The notes under the pieces: model-generated
The model's database searches: none
Told to the model about the DNA's origin: nothing
The model's input: only the letters and a program-made list of their open reading frames with translations
In this document: piece after piece, positions 39,309 through 52,304 of the stretch
How the letters are laid out: the number at the start of each line of letters is the position of its first letter
Position numbering within the stretch: the first letter of the stretch is position 1
Assembly (NCBI GenBank): GCA_964187785.1
Contig: OZ076409.1
Coordinates: 96,722,001-96,786,000 of the forward strand
DNA from: Amphiscolops sp. MND2022
Lineage: Eukaryota
Reading direction: 5' to 3'
Length of the DNA: 64,000 nucleotides
Translations under genes and position numbers: made by a program

Positions 39309-39894
39309 ACTTTTGCATGAACTGATACCATGGATATGGTCCGGGACAAACCATCATGATGTCCGCTCACTTTGTCCTCCTAAGGATAGCCGGCCCGGAG
39401 GAGGGGAAACCGTTTCTAGGGACGCTGTCGGACCTGATACCAGTCTTTAATTGCTAGGAATCACGGCAATGTGCTTTTCCTTCTCACAACCAGCGCGTAG
39501 ATAGCTCGTAAAAACAGCAAGGTCGTAAGTAACTGAACTTCTCCAGTGGGAAGCTGAGTAAATCCAGCAACTAGAAAAAAAGCCCTCGAGCATATTATTA
39601 ATTACACAACAAAAGTACACAAATTATGATAACGAAGTCCCGTTCGGCGAAATTAGTGGGTGTTTGGGCGGCATGGCACCAGCGCTCGAGCTGGGAACAA
39701 CCCCCGAGCACGGATGCAGTCTTCAGGCTGTCATGCTGTTTCCGTGTCAGTCCTGCAACAACCATGATTCAGTCAGACAAACACCGTGGATTCTGCTAAT
39801 TTGAGCTGTTTTACTGTTTTTTTAACGTGCTCGTCACGTTCTCCCTAGCGGGGCGGCTTCTCTGATCGTCTTTTTACACTTCCTTCTGACAGGT

Positions 39895-40240
39895 ATTTGG
39901 CCAAAATCATGCTTGGGTGCCACGTCAGGTTTGAACGACTTTTTCAGAATAGGTGTCAAAATTTCGTTGATCACATGGTGCCGTTACACCACTACACGGG
40001 CACCTGGCTGGTTGTCCCCGGCAAGCACTGCAGGACCTCGTTCAGGAACAGGGTTGCTTTCCGTGCATTTGGCCAAATACATGCTTGGGTGCCACGTCAG
40101 GTTTGAACGACTTTTTCAGAATAGGTGTCAAAATTTGGTTGATCACAGGGGCCGTTACACCACTACCCGTGCATCTGGCTTGTTGTCTCCGGCAAGCACT
40201 GCAGGACCTCGTCCAGGAACAGTGTTGCTTTCCGTGCTGT
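39895..40240. repeat. Tandem dimer of a ~173-bp GC-rich unit
   Basis: tttggccaaa..catgcttgggtgccacgtcaggtttgaacg..ttgctttccgtgc occurs twice. Confidence 0.9.
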
Positions 40241-40918
40241 GACTACATCTTGAAACAAGGACGAATCCTTGTTTGCCAGCTACTGTAGGAACAGTGCCTC
40301 TGGGACCCTATCAAAAGTTCACCTCAAAACTAGGTATTTTTACAAACAAAATGTGACTCTTTAAGCATCAGCCCGAGAGCTAAAATTTTTGGGTGGCATT
40401 TGCCATTTCTGAAGCACCTTTGAAAGTTAAAATGTCTTTTGCGGCTAGTACCAGCTAAAAGTTCTTTTTGCATCAGTTTTTTTTATCTCAAATTTTTCAG
40501 TTTTTTGGCTAAAATTTTTTTTTTGCTATGGGAGCGCACGAGCGCCGCTACTAGAAAGACAGTAGACAGAATGCACTTGACTCAACGAGAAAAATTGCAG
40601 ATCAGAATAAAAGATGTTTTTCTCACCTTCGGGTATGGATTTTCTTTTGTCGACACCGCTAGAGGTGTTAGGAAACAAGGAAAGTTTCATTTTCTTGGCT
40701 AACTTTTCTTGACGCGTAGTTTAATTCAGATCCCAGCACGTGGGACACGCGCACTCAAAGGCCATAGACCTACAGCGCACTACAAAATAAAACTAACTAA
40801 GTAAACATATGAACCAAAATTGCACCGATATAAGGCAGCAGCAAAGTAAGGTAACAGAAATTGGCATTCATTTTTGCATTTTTGGAGTTCGTGATCGGTG
40901 TTTATTGGCAAATTGGCT

Positions 40919-43416
40919 TCACAGCATGGCCGATTTGTGCCTGCTGCGGGGCAAAATTTCTGCAGGTGGAGAGGCTGCGCTTACCGAGGCTTGTCTGGCA
41001 GAGGATGGTACTAAATTCTCCGTATCAATGTCGATGGTGAGACCACTGATAGGTTCGACCAGCGCCGCAATTGGCGTCAGTTTAGCTGCATGTTTACCTG
41101 ACTGCTCTGGTGTCACCGGGACAGTTGCTCCTTCCGGGACCTCCTCCTCAGCGGGGCATCCACTGTCAGCGGCTGTTCTAACGACATCGCCATAGTTGGA
41201 GCTGGGTTCGGCTGCGGCGGTTGCGCCAAGGCCCTGGCCCGTTCGGCCTCAGCCCTGCTGTTGGCAGCGACGGCCACACGCTTGGACACCCATCCAGACT
41301 GCTTCCAGAGCCCGCAAGCTAATTTCAAAGTTGTTGATTTCATAGTTTAGGCACTCATCGTCCCATTCTGCACGTAACTCGGGGCCAAATACAATGCGGA
41401 GTTAACGGTGTCAAGCAGTACCAGAGGCATATCACCGGACATGGTCATCTTCCCTTGTGTGTTCCAGGCAGGTTCGTACTGCACGGGGACCATACAGCGA
41501 GATGAATTGCGCCTCCGTACCAGTGCAGCTACTTTCATTCATTGCTGGACACGCGCGAAATCAAGATGTTGCACGATGGTCCAAATGTTGTCGTCCTCGG
41601 GCAATAGGACGCGCGCGGATGTAGCCCACGGGTTCCTTTCAATACCGATTGGACCTTTGGATGAACTTGGAATTATAATTGGATCGTAAATTGGGGCTAG
41701 CCCCCAAGCTAGTGGTCATTATCCATCGTAAAATTTCATTCTGCCATGGGAATCTGAACGGTTTCCCGTCCAGATCTAGAGGAGCATTATACCAGTTGAC
41801 TGGTCCGTATTCCCTAGACAGGACTCTCGCCTTTTGGGCGCGGGCCCTGATGACTCCCATCATGATTTCTTCTGCCTGCTGCTCCGTCTTGATGGTGGTG
41901 TATGCCTGGGGCACCTCACTGCTGAGGAGCTCACGAACGGCATATTCATCGTCCATTGGAGGACTACCCTGCAAGTAAGTGCAGATAGACACAGTGACTA
42001 CCTGCACGGCCATCGATATCGGTTTTGTGGGATATCGCAAGAGTCCCAAAAACCCGAAGGTTGGAATCAGGACTGGGGCCACGACAGAGCCCATGTCTTC
42101 CTCCTAGGCCAGGGTAAGGTCCGCCAGGTGTTGCGGCATCGGAAACTCGGCGTTCTCGTTAGGGAGCTGTGTTTCCGTCGGATGGTGGAGCGATTTTGCT
42201 TGATCCCTGCCCACAAACAAACCGGACGCAAAGACCAGTGAGGAATATAGCCAATGCTGCAGGGATGCCCGCAACTTAAGCAGTGGTTCAGAATAGTTTT
42301 GGTTATTCAGGAGGAATAACACCTCGCCTAGATCGACTAGTCCGCTCATTTTGCCTTGAGCCAGCACCAGATAGGTGTAGAACTCCAGCAGTACTCCGGC
42401 AGCTACAAGGTCAACCACTATGGCCAAAGGACCAGCCACGAACTTAGTGGGTCCTAAAGCCAGCGCGAGAGGTAGCACTTCCTTGATGGTTTCGAGCTCG
42501 AGAGTTTCGGTCAACTTCTTTACCTGCGTGCTGTTCAATTTGAACTCGTCCGTAATGACGCCCAAGTTCCAAACCAGGCTGGAACTCGTCATCAGGGCGG
42601 GGAATGAGACAGACAGCGCTCAAGCTGCCATTGGTAGAATTACCGTCGCAAGTCTCTCCTGGTAACATTCTCCATAGGTGATCTCGCGGGCTGGCGTAGC
42701 CTGTTCAAGGACCACGGCTTCCTGTGCCACAATATGGCGCAAATCCAGGAGCAGCTTGATTATCTCGGCATTCTAGGCTAAGTGAACCTGCGGTATCGTC
42801 CGCTCAACGTCTCCATTCGCCGGCCATCTGCCAACTTCGTCCCATAAGGCGACAAGATCTGCCTTTACGGTGGTGGGGTGGCCCTCGCGGACCAACCAGT
42901 TGTATCTGCGCATGTGTTCACGCTCGGCCAGTGTTGCCTCGGGCAGAAGGCCGTTGCCTTTCTGGTCAAAGGTCAGGCGCCCCATTCGCATCACGTGGTC
43001 ATGTTTGATGGCGTCTTCCTAAGACAGCTAGCTAGGCATTGCTGCTCCGTTCAATCGACTGTAGCAGACGGGATATTGCTGCCAAGTACGCGTGAGTCGA
43101 TAGCGCGGCTCGCCGCAGGTCGTCCTGCCAAAGCGCAGGTTTGGTGCACACATGTAAAATTCGATACGTCTGGCTGCACTGACCTCGTTCAGCATGTATA
43201 CGAACTGCTGCAAGGCACTACCCCAGTATATCATGCCTGCATTCGTTGCACTAAATTCTTGAGAATCGGTTTCAGTGATTCCAGACTCCGAGGATACACA
43301 CTGTGAGTCTCCCTGGTCTCACAGGCGCGCAGGGTGTTTCTTTCAAGGAACTGCTTTTGTAGATTATTCTGCATGGGGCGAAGGTAATTGTCAATCGCTA
43401 ACGTCAAACTACTCAT
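40919..43416 (-). pseudogene. Intronless ~830-codon disrupted ORF, putative endogenous viral (capsid-like) element
   Basis: ORFs 43028-43234, 42773-42994, 42104-42592 and 41639-42094 share one frame separated by isolated stops; flanking pieces join by frameshifts. Clearly higher GC than the surroundings; Ala/Pro-rich C-terminus. Confidence 0.55.
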
Positions 43417-43469
43417 TGAAATCTGAGAAGAAAAATTTTTTCCAGAATGCTCTTTTCAATGTCACCACC

Positions 43470-44130
43470 TCACAATAAATGCTAGCAAAATCGAAATTAT
43501 TGTCTTCAGTAAACCTCACGAAAAACCGAAGATGGAAGACTGAAACTTCAATTGAAATTCGAATCCAATAAAGCGACCAATTCCATCAAATATCTCGATG
43601 TCTATCTTGACAGGAATCTAACGTTTCAAGAGGAAGTCAGAAATATACTACGTAAAAAGGCTTGTGGTATAAAAAACATCTACTCAATTCTGAAATATTT
43701 TCGCATGAAAACTTGTGTCCAGCTTTTGAATGCTCTCGTTATCAGTAACTTACATTATGCAGCAATACAATTGAATGGCATATCTTCCGATAACCTTGCG
43801 ACAACATTGCAAAAACATTTAGACTGGGCAATTGAAGCTTGTTTAAACAGAAATAAAATCGAATATTTTTCGGATTTAAAAACAAAACACAAAATTCGTT
43901 CGGTTCGATTTTGCTCGGGTCAAAATTTACAATTCACTACTGGAAGTATAGAAAAGATTGATACCTGCTTTTCTCGGTACGCTAAAACCACCAACTGATG
44001 ATGTTATTTAACATTTAAAAAACTCATTCACTTGCGTTGAATCATACGTCAAAATCGCAATTTTTGTACAGCTGTTTTTGAGTCGATCATCCCAGTTTGG
44101 GACACCTCACCTTAAGAGCTGAAGACCACG
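43470..44130 (+). mobile_element. Non-LTR retrotransposon (CR1/L2-like) RT C-terminal fragment
   Basis: NASKIEIIVF..SIKYLDVYLDRNLTFQEEV..LLNALVISNLHYA matches the KYLG.LD..L.F..H / ALV.S.L.Y pattern. Confidence 0.8.
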
Positions 44131-44284
44131 AACTTTGTTCTCGCAACTGCAAAACACAAGATCAATATTTTTTGAGCGAATGGAAAGAGAAAACAATCAA
44201 TCGGATTACGGAAAAATGTTGAAGTTATCCTTTTAAATGAATGTTTTAGTTTTGTTCTCTGTATTGTTTATACTGATTTGTGTT

Positions 44285-44786
44285 TTTTAGTCGGCGCTTT
44301 TCGTAAAAAACGCAGACTATAGCAGTGACTTTTTTAAGACCAACGAACTGACAGATTTTATAAGCTTTAAAAGCTGACTTGCACTAACACTAAACTGTGC
44401 CACACTACTTCTACTGGCACTTGGCATAGAGGTTACGGCTTTTTTGAGGTCTGCCAAACAGAAGGAGGTGGGTTCGAGTTCCGCCCTTGACCAAAAAATT
44501 TTTTGTGCAGGTTTTTTTCGGCTTTGTGAGACTTTTTTCGCAAATTTTTTTAATGTCCCCAAAGGGTCCCCCCTTCATTTTCTTTCTGTTTTGCAAACGA
44601 TTGGATGTTCAAAAACTTCCAAAGGCCCCGCCTTTTACATTTTTCGACACTATGCACTTACAGGAGATCAACAAAATTTGGGATAATTTTTTTCTCAATT
44701 TTTTCCTCATGCGGGTACTGTAGAAGAGAATACTTGACACATTGAAGTCCTTTTGCTATTTTTGAGCCTTGGATATGGCGCGGACT
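44285..44786. mobile_element. DINE-1/Helentron-like dispersed repeat (copy 3)
   Basis: Colinear similarity to 18693-19172 with the same termini. Confidence 0.6.
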
Positions 44787-47006
44787 TGGGCCGTTCCCGG
44801 CTTGTTAAGTTTTATTTATACTATTGCTACACTATCTTTTTAAAAAATAGTTCATTGTATGTGATTTTAAACAAGGTATTCAGTGTTTTTTTAAGTCAAA
44901 CAATCATTAAATTAATAGTAACAACCAATCAAATTGAAGTATTATATAACTCATCGCTCATAGTGGGGTGGAGAGGTGAGTTAAAGTTTTCGCACTTACT
45001 GTGGGGGGGGGGGGGGGGGAGTTAACAGAAAAAATTCTGCTTCATTATCCGTTGTCGAGTGTAATTGATTTTAGTGGTAAAAATACATCACTTTGAGGAA
45101 ACGTAGAAGGTATGAAGCAGCCTTATTACCGCAGGAAATGTAATATTTTGTAATTTTTGCATCTTGAGACGAAAAAGACGCCAGAATGCTTTCAATTTGA
45201 GCGCCACGATCATTAAATTTTCCCCACCGGGTGACACTTTTGCTTCAATAATACTTGCCGCGGTAAAGGGGGTATCATTTTACAATATTATGTGCTGCGA
45301 CGATATATATTTTTTGTACTTTTGTGATATAGTCCTTTTCAGTTCATTCGGCAAAAACAAAGAATTTTGTTCACTTGTTTTTCAACCAATCAAATAACGA
45401 GATTCCCGAACATCCTGTCTTAAATTCGTTTGAACCTATTACTGCATTTCACTGTTCTGAACATTTCATTTCCGCCACCATTAATATGACAAAGTCAGCC
45501 GTACAATTTTATAATTATTGTTTCTGAAATTGAAGTTCAAACGATTCACCATTACTGCTTTTTTTATTTAGCGCCTACACTCATAAATAAAATAACAGTC
45601 TTAGCCCGTTACTTGGTGAAATTATGCAACCTCTTATATAACCCTTGAAATTTATTACGCAACAATGAATACTTCAGAAGTACTCAGCCCTTCTAAACCA
45701 CCCAGGTAGCGTAGCGCATTACAGTTCTGATATAAAGCCTCTTTAAAATTCTTTTGTGATTTTATTTTCAACTAGAAATGGCCGGTGTTTTTCTCAATTG
45801 TTTTTCATGTACTGAAGAACCAAAAAAGGGGAAAAAATTGATTTCGCTGGCAAAATGTTTCAATTTATTCCAAATATTTCGAAATATTTCAAGCGCATAA
45901 TATTAGGAATAGTGCTGAAACCAAAGCATTACGTACCAAATAACATAAGAGCAAATAACATAAAAATATATGTTAGTTTTTGTAACATAAAAAACATAAA
46001 AACTTGTTAGTATCAAATAACATAAAAATAAAACCGAATACCCGGTTAAACAATCGAACTCACGAAATTTTATTTGTAATTTTCATATTTTTTTCCAGTG
46101 AATCTTTTGAATTGCGAATGCTTTTGACCAATAAAACTTTCTCGTAAACAATTTTATTTTTGTTTGGTGAAACTCATTTCATTTTTGTTATTTGAAACTA
46201 ATTTTGTTTTTATGTTATTTGCTCTTATGTTATTTGGGAATTCACCAAACCAAAGCTCATAGATCATAGTCGACCCTTCAAAATTCTTCCAGACATTTAT
46301 TATCGTCATGGCTGTTGCAATTAGAGACTCAAGTTGCATGAGTTGCAAAAAAATTCAAAAGTTTCTAAATTTGCGACAATATTTTGGAATAAAGTGAAAT
46401 TATTTTCGTTTCTTTCATTCGATCTGCAAACGAAAGAAATTATTGTAAATTTGGCTGCTGAAGTTTTGACATTTTCTGCTTCTCAGCCTCAACACCTAAT
46501 ATGAACTGAAACTAAAACAGGGCTGTTTCAAGGACGAATTGCGAAACCTATGACTACCCTGGTGGAGAAATACATCTTGCAAGGATCTTGCAAGACAATT
46601 ATGAACAAGACGCCCGCGGACCAGCGGGATATTTTCCGCCCCAAATCTCTTCGAAAAAGACTACTGGACAACAAATTTGTTCCTTGTTGACTCTTTTCAA
46701 CATTCCAATCTACGAAGTCTGTCGAAAATTTGACAAAAATTGCATAAAAAACTTTGAAAATTGGAAAATTTTGGGTTTTTTGTCATTTTCGGTTTCAATT
46801 TGATATATTTTTCATTTAGAAAACAGTCATTATCTCTTCGGAAAAGCATACTGGACAACGAATTCCTGCCATTCCTGTCACGTTAAGCGTTTTCAACATT
46901 CTAATCCACGAAGTCTATCGAAAATTTGACAAAAATTGCATAAAAACGTTAAAAATCGAAAAATTTTGGAATTTTTTAATCATTTTTTTGGTAATTTTTC
47001 TTTTAA

Positions 47007-47598
47007 CCCCAATCGACCTGGGCGTTTTTTAAAATTTTCGAAAAATTTTCCAAAAAAATTTCAATCATCGATATCTCCACAACTACGCGTACCAGAGGAA
47101 CGAACTATAGCGCGTTTGAAAGGTCTGATATTGGGCTTTCATTTTGGTCAGGTGAGCCCCTGTCGCCGCGCGCCCCTTCCTTCAGAATTTTAGTCTCTTT
47201 TTCCAGTACCGCCGCTTCGCGGCAGTTCCGCACTTCGTGCGGCCCGCTGCGCGGGGGCTTGTTGTTACAACAGAATATTATAGGGGTTTGTTGCACTAGG
47301 ACTTGTTGTGGAAGGGTATGTGGTTGGTTTTTTCTATTGATCAAAGACTTTTGAGAAAACAGCATTTCGTCAAAATCTGAATTTTGAGAAAATATAAGTC
47401 TTTTCTTGTGCAAAAAACCCATTTTTCTCAGCTTTGGAGATATATTCCCTTTTTCTAATGCTTGTGCCATTCAAACCAATCTAGGTACCAATTACTTGTT
47501 GAAAAAAACCGTGCTAGAGAAAATGGGCTACTGGCAAAAGGAATCAGAATTTGGAAGAAAAGGTAGGCTGCTTTAAAGCATCACTAGGTTCATTGGGG
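47007..47598. mobile_element. piggyBac-like MITE, copy A (592 bp)
   Basis: TTAA on both flanks; TIR ccccaatcgacct / aggttcattgggg. Confidence 0.8.
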
Positions 47599-47724
47599 TT
47601 AACATCTAGAAATTGAACTGACTATAAACTGTCATAAACAGCTGGAATTTATCTTTTCACAGCAGGGGGTGTCGAAAAACTTAGTTTTGACCATATCAAA
47701 AGACTTTTGTTTCCAACTTGTTAA

Positions 47725-48316
47725 CCCCAATCGACCTGGGCGTTTTTTAAAATTTTCGAAAAATTTTCCAAAAAAATTTCAATCATCGATATCTCCACAA
47801 CTACGCGTACCAGAGGAACGAACTATAGCGCGTTTGAAAGGTCTGATATTGGGCTTTCATTTTGGTCAGGTGAGCCCCTGTCGCCGCGCGCCCCTTCCTT
47901 CAAAATTTTAGTCTCTTTTTCCAGTACCGCCGCTTCGCGGCAGTTCCGCACTTCGTGCGGCCCGCTGCGCGGGGGCTTGTTGTTACAACAGAATATTATA
48001 GGGGTTTGTTGCACTAGGACTTGTTGTGGAAGGGTATGTGGTTGGTTTTTTCTATTGATCAAAGACTTTTGAGAAAACAGCATTTCGTCAAAATCTGAAT
48101 TTTGAGAAAATATAAGTCTTTTCTTGTGCAAAAAACCCATTTTTCTCAGCTTTGGAGATATATTCCCTTTTTCTAATGCTTGTGCCATTCAAACCAATCT
48201 AGGTACCAATTACTTGTTGAAAAAAACCGTGCTAGAGAAAATGGGCTACTGGCAAAAGGAATCAGAATTTGGAAGAAAAGGTAGGCTGCTTTAAAGCATC
48301 ACTAGGTTCATTGGGG
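47725..48316. mobile_element. piggyBac-like MITE, copy B (592 bp)
   Basis: TTAA on both flanks; essentially identical to copy A (one substitution seen). Confidence 0.8.
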
Positions 48317-49381
48317 TTAAAAAACCGAATTTATCTCAGAATTTTATTCAGAATACTATTGGACAACGAATTCGTGCCTTGTTGAACGTTTTCAACATTC
48401 TAATCCACGATGTTTATCGAAAAAATGACAAAAATTGCATTAAAACGTTAAATGTCGAAAAATTTTGGAATTTTTGTCATTTTTTTGGTAACTTTTCTTT
48501 TAAAAAACCGCATTTATCTCTTCAGAATACTATTGGACAACGAATTCGTGCCTTGTTGAACGTTTTCAACATTCTAATCGACGATGTTTATCAAAAAAAT
48601 GGCAAAAAATGCATGAAAACTGTGAAAATTGGGAAAGTTTTGAATTTTTGTCATTTTCGGGGTCATTTTTGGGTCATTATGGGGCCATTTCCGTCATTCC
48701 CAAAAAAGTCCAAAAATCTTTACAAATACATATCGCATGGAACTAAATTTATGTCAGTTGAATTCTGTGAATGTACTTCTTCATATTACGTAAACAATAA
48801 TTCTTGCCAAATTTTGTAAAAAAAAAACCGTTTGATTTAAATATTTTCCTTTCCCATATGAAATATGGGCGGAAAATAATAATGTAAATCTTGCAAGATT
48901 CTGGCAGAAAAAGTAATGACTGTTTCAATTGCGAAAATATCTTGAGGAGGGGCAGCCTATGAAAAAGAGTCTTGCAAGAAAATTTGATCCTTGCAAGATT
49001 CTTGCAAGATGACACAAATCTTGCAAGATTCTTGCAAGAAATCTGCCAGGTTAATGCATTCACTTGCAAGATCTTGCAAAAATGTCTACCAGAATCTTGC
49101 AAGATTTGTGTTTTTCCCAACCAGGGTAGTTAGACACTTGAAAAATTACTTCTTTCAAACTAAATTCACACCACAGCCTTGCAAAGTAGAAAAAGTGGTT
49201 TTCACGCCAAGTAGACGAATCCAAAAGACAAAGCTCTTACTATGCTAAATCATTGCACGCGACTTTACTGTACCTGCAAGTACCGACGAGCCTTGAATGA
49301 AAACTTCGGATGAAGTCACCATTTTAGGCGACTTCCAACGATGAACATGATTCATGATCAATACTTTTTATGCTTGAAGTT

Positions 49382-49760
49382 CCCATGTTGAGCTTTCCTT
49401 GAGAATCTGTAAAGATCTGTGAGCCAATTTTCCTTGAGGATCTGTAAAAATCGTGCTACTGCTACGTAAGGACAACTGCAGATCTGCAAGGATCTTTACA
49501 GATGTTCAAAGATTTTCTGTAGAGATTTTTCAGGAAAACTGTTTCCGGACCTTATGGTGAAACTATGCATTTCATTTTTGGACTAGTTCAATAAATATTT
49601 TTGCTGACTAAGGCTCAGTCAGTTGAAACTCTCCATCACTCAAAATTCTTGAGCAGGAAATCTTATCCCCAAAAACTAAATTTATGACTTTTCAATTTTC
49701 GAACAATCCTGGAATATCTGTCAGGATCTGTGCAGATTCGCAGGGAGTGGTCAACATGGG
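49382..49760. mobile_element. MITE (CCC..GGG, TT on both flanks)
   Basis: cccatgttga / tcaacatggg terminal inverted repeats. Confidence 0.7.
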
Positions 49761-49911
49761 TTGTTGAAAGAACTACTACAAACGTAAAAGGCACCTGGGA
49801 AAAATTACTGAAATGGAAAAGATTTACAATATAATTGCCACGTTACATTGTTTACTCTATGAAAAGTTTTGGAAAACATACATTTCGTAATATGACGTTC
49901 ATGATTCATAC

Positions 49912-50322
49912 TAGGCTTTGCAGAAGTTCACGCTGAAAGTTCAAAAATCTTCACGCTTCCGTGTCACGCCTTTAATGGTCCATTTTCACGCTAATTTCAC
50001 GCTCGTTTTTTTTTCAAAGCAAAAAAACTTATTTTGCACAAGATTTAACTCAGTGTTTCAAAATCTTAAATTTGACGATAACTCGTGCTGGCTGTAAAAA
50101 TTCTTCTTGCGGTGCTGTTTAAGAAACATCAAAACTAAAAATTTCATCCAAATTTAATTTGATAACTTCGGCATTTTGGCTTAATTTCATGCCATATATA
50201 CGTAAGTTTGAACAAAAACTGAGTTAGTTCATGCTTCTATCTTCAGTGGCACGCTGAAATTTGTTTTGACAATAATTCACGCGATTACACGATTTCACGT
50301 CGCGTGAAATTATGCGGAGCCT
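49912..50322. mobile_element. hAT-like MITE
   Basis: taggctttgcagaagttcacg / cgtgaaattatgcggagccta; internal tcacgc motifs. Confidence 0.6.
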
Positions 50323-50411
50323 AATTGAAATGACCTTGACAGGATCTTACTGCGATAGGCGTGATACGGGTGTGAAGGCCAACACGGGTTGAAATGGTAA
50401 ACGTTTGAAAC

Positions 50412-50644
50412 CAGGGCTTTTCAATAAATTATTTGTATTGCAATATATTGCAATATTTGTATTGCAATATATTTATTGGGGATGGCAAAAGGCAGCAATA
50501 ATATTGCAATATATTGGATTAAAAACAAATTTAAAAATCATTCTTGTGGAGCATTTCTCAGAAATATAAAACGACCACATTTCAGGCCTACTTCGATTTT
50601 TCTCGAATTTTATATTCTCTCGCAAATTATTTTGAAAAGCCCTG
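50412..50644. mobile_element. hAT-like MITE
   Basis: cagggcttttcaa / ttgaaaagccctg terminal inverted repeats. Confidence 0.65.
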
Positions 50645-51308
50645 TTTACTACTACTTGAAGTGAAACTTACATGCTTTCCGCTTCTAACAAATTTTTCAA
50701 AGCGCTATTTACGAAAACTTAAAAAATATTTCACCATTGGCCTATTGAATTGGAATGGTTGTTCACATATTTCGACTGTGATAGTGATTGAAATAACTAT
50801 TTTATCTGACTCAAAAAAGTTGACTTCATAAGGGAAAAAAGTTTGTATCTGAATCCTTAACTGTCACCCTGAAAATGAATTTAAAATTGACGGGTTCTGG
50901 TTCAGTTTTGAGTCTTTTTTAACAATATTTTCAATAATTTTTCAAGCAAATTTTGGTGATAGGGAACAAACAGAAAAGACAAGGGTAAAGCCGCGTATAC
51001 TGGGGAGCAATTTCTGAGTAAGGTTTAACAATTTTTTTTACAGTTTTTGCGCCTAATATGTGAGGTGGAATAAGAAACAAAATAACGCAATAAAAATTCG
51101 AAGTAATGGCTAATTGATTTAATTCGGAATCAAGACAACCAGATGACGATATTTGATACATTACCAACTTATCGTTAGTATCTACATGTATCTACATGTA
51201 GTCTAAACAACTCATGGACCCAGCCAGCATTATACAACGTCTCGACAAATAGAGAGTATCTTTATAAGAACAATTGGTAGCACTTATCGAAGTTTAAAAT
51301 GATACTTA

Positions 51309-51777
51309 CAGTCGAACTCGGATAAAAGAAACACGGATAAAAGAAACACGGTTAAAAGAAACACGGATAAAAGAAACATTTGGATATAAGAAACGTTTTC
51401 ACTCCTCATTTTTATGCAAGACAAACTTTCAATGTTAATAGGACAACTGATTTTTAAAGAAACTATGGATAAAAGAAACTTTTTTACCGCCAGCTGGGTT
51501 TCTTTTATCCGAGTTAGTTAATCATGTTGTTGCATTTTCATTGCAATATCCTTCCTTACCAGTCGATGCAATCTTGGAAGAAACTTGCAAGGCAATGAAT
51601 ACAGTCAAACTCGGATAAAATTGGGCGATGAGAAAAGGGTTTCTTTTATCCATACTTTCTTTTATCAGTTGTCCTATGAACGTAGAAAGTCTGACTTGCA
51701 TAAAATCGGAAGGGTGAAAACGTTTCTTATATCCGAATGTTTCTTTTATCCGTCTTTCTTTTATCCGAGTTCGACTG
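51309..51777. mobile_element. Tc1/pogo-type MITE pair (TA-flanked), two units in inverted orientation
   Basis: ta|cagtcgaactcggataaaagaaa .. ttttatccgagttcgactg|ta; internal TIR copies at ~51500 and ~51602. Confidence 0.8.
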
Positions 51778-52119
51778 TATCCCAATGCAACGTTTTCTTT
51801 ACCTTTGCTAAAAGCAGTCATGAAAAACGTGCTAACGACGTACGCGATTTATACACAAGCTCAGGAAACCTAAATAAAGCTGATTAATTTGACGCTCTAA
51901 AATAAATATGTATGCAGTGAAAGCCCGTACAGGAATGTTTTTCAGCAGAATTTCATTAGAATCCCAATTTATTCTAGCAGTTTCTTCCCTTTTGAGTCAC
52001 CTGTTTTCAAAATCGGAATGACAGGCGGGAATGAGATTGTGTTGGGGAATGCTGTAGATAATAGAGAGTGATACGGTTACATCATTTGAATGCAAATTAC
52101 GTAATGCTGTCTGCTTCAG

Positions 52120-52260
52120 GGTATCTGCAGCTGCTGCCGGGACGGGAGAAGACGATATTTTCGTGTCTCTTCTCATCCTCATCATCAACTCCGTTTTGGG
52201 CAGCATCGGCAATTCAATCGTGGTTCTAGTCTACGGACACAAGAATTTCAACAACTCAAG
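52120..52260 (+). CDS. Possible host exon, class A GPCR TM1-like
   Basis: After a ttcag acceptor: IFVSLLILIINSVLGSIGNSIVVLVY (GNxxV motif). No other exons recognised. Confidence 0.4.
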
Positions 52261-52304
52261 GCACGGCCGATCAAATTTTACAGTACATGTACATTTCAAC
52301 GTAA

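Larger units (their letters stand above)
46557..49126. mobile_element. Non-autonomous TIR element (CCC..GGG, TA on both flanks) containing ~177-bp tandem repeats and nested insertions
   Basis: ccctggtggagaaa versus tttcccaaccaggg; multiple atcttgcaag subterminal motifs at both ends. Confidence 0.75.

Noticed and set aside
39320..39443. Two TGGTATCAG motifs (minus strand) as tRNA-iMet PBS, or a ribozyme
   Set aside because: No adjacent LTR pair or gag, and no complete hammerhead or HDV core could be read.
47105..48188. Two identical 121-aa ORFs as a duplicated gene
   Set aside because: They lie inside the duplicated MITE and have no recognisable domain.
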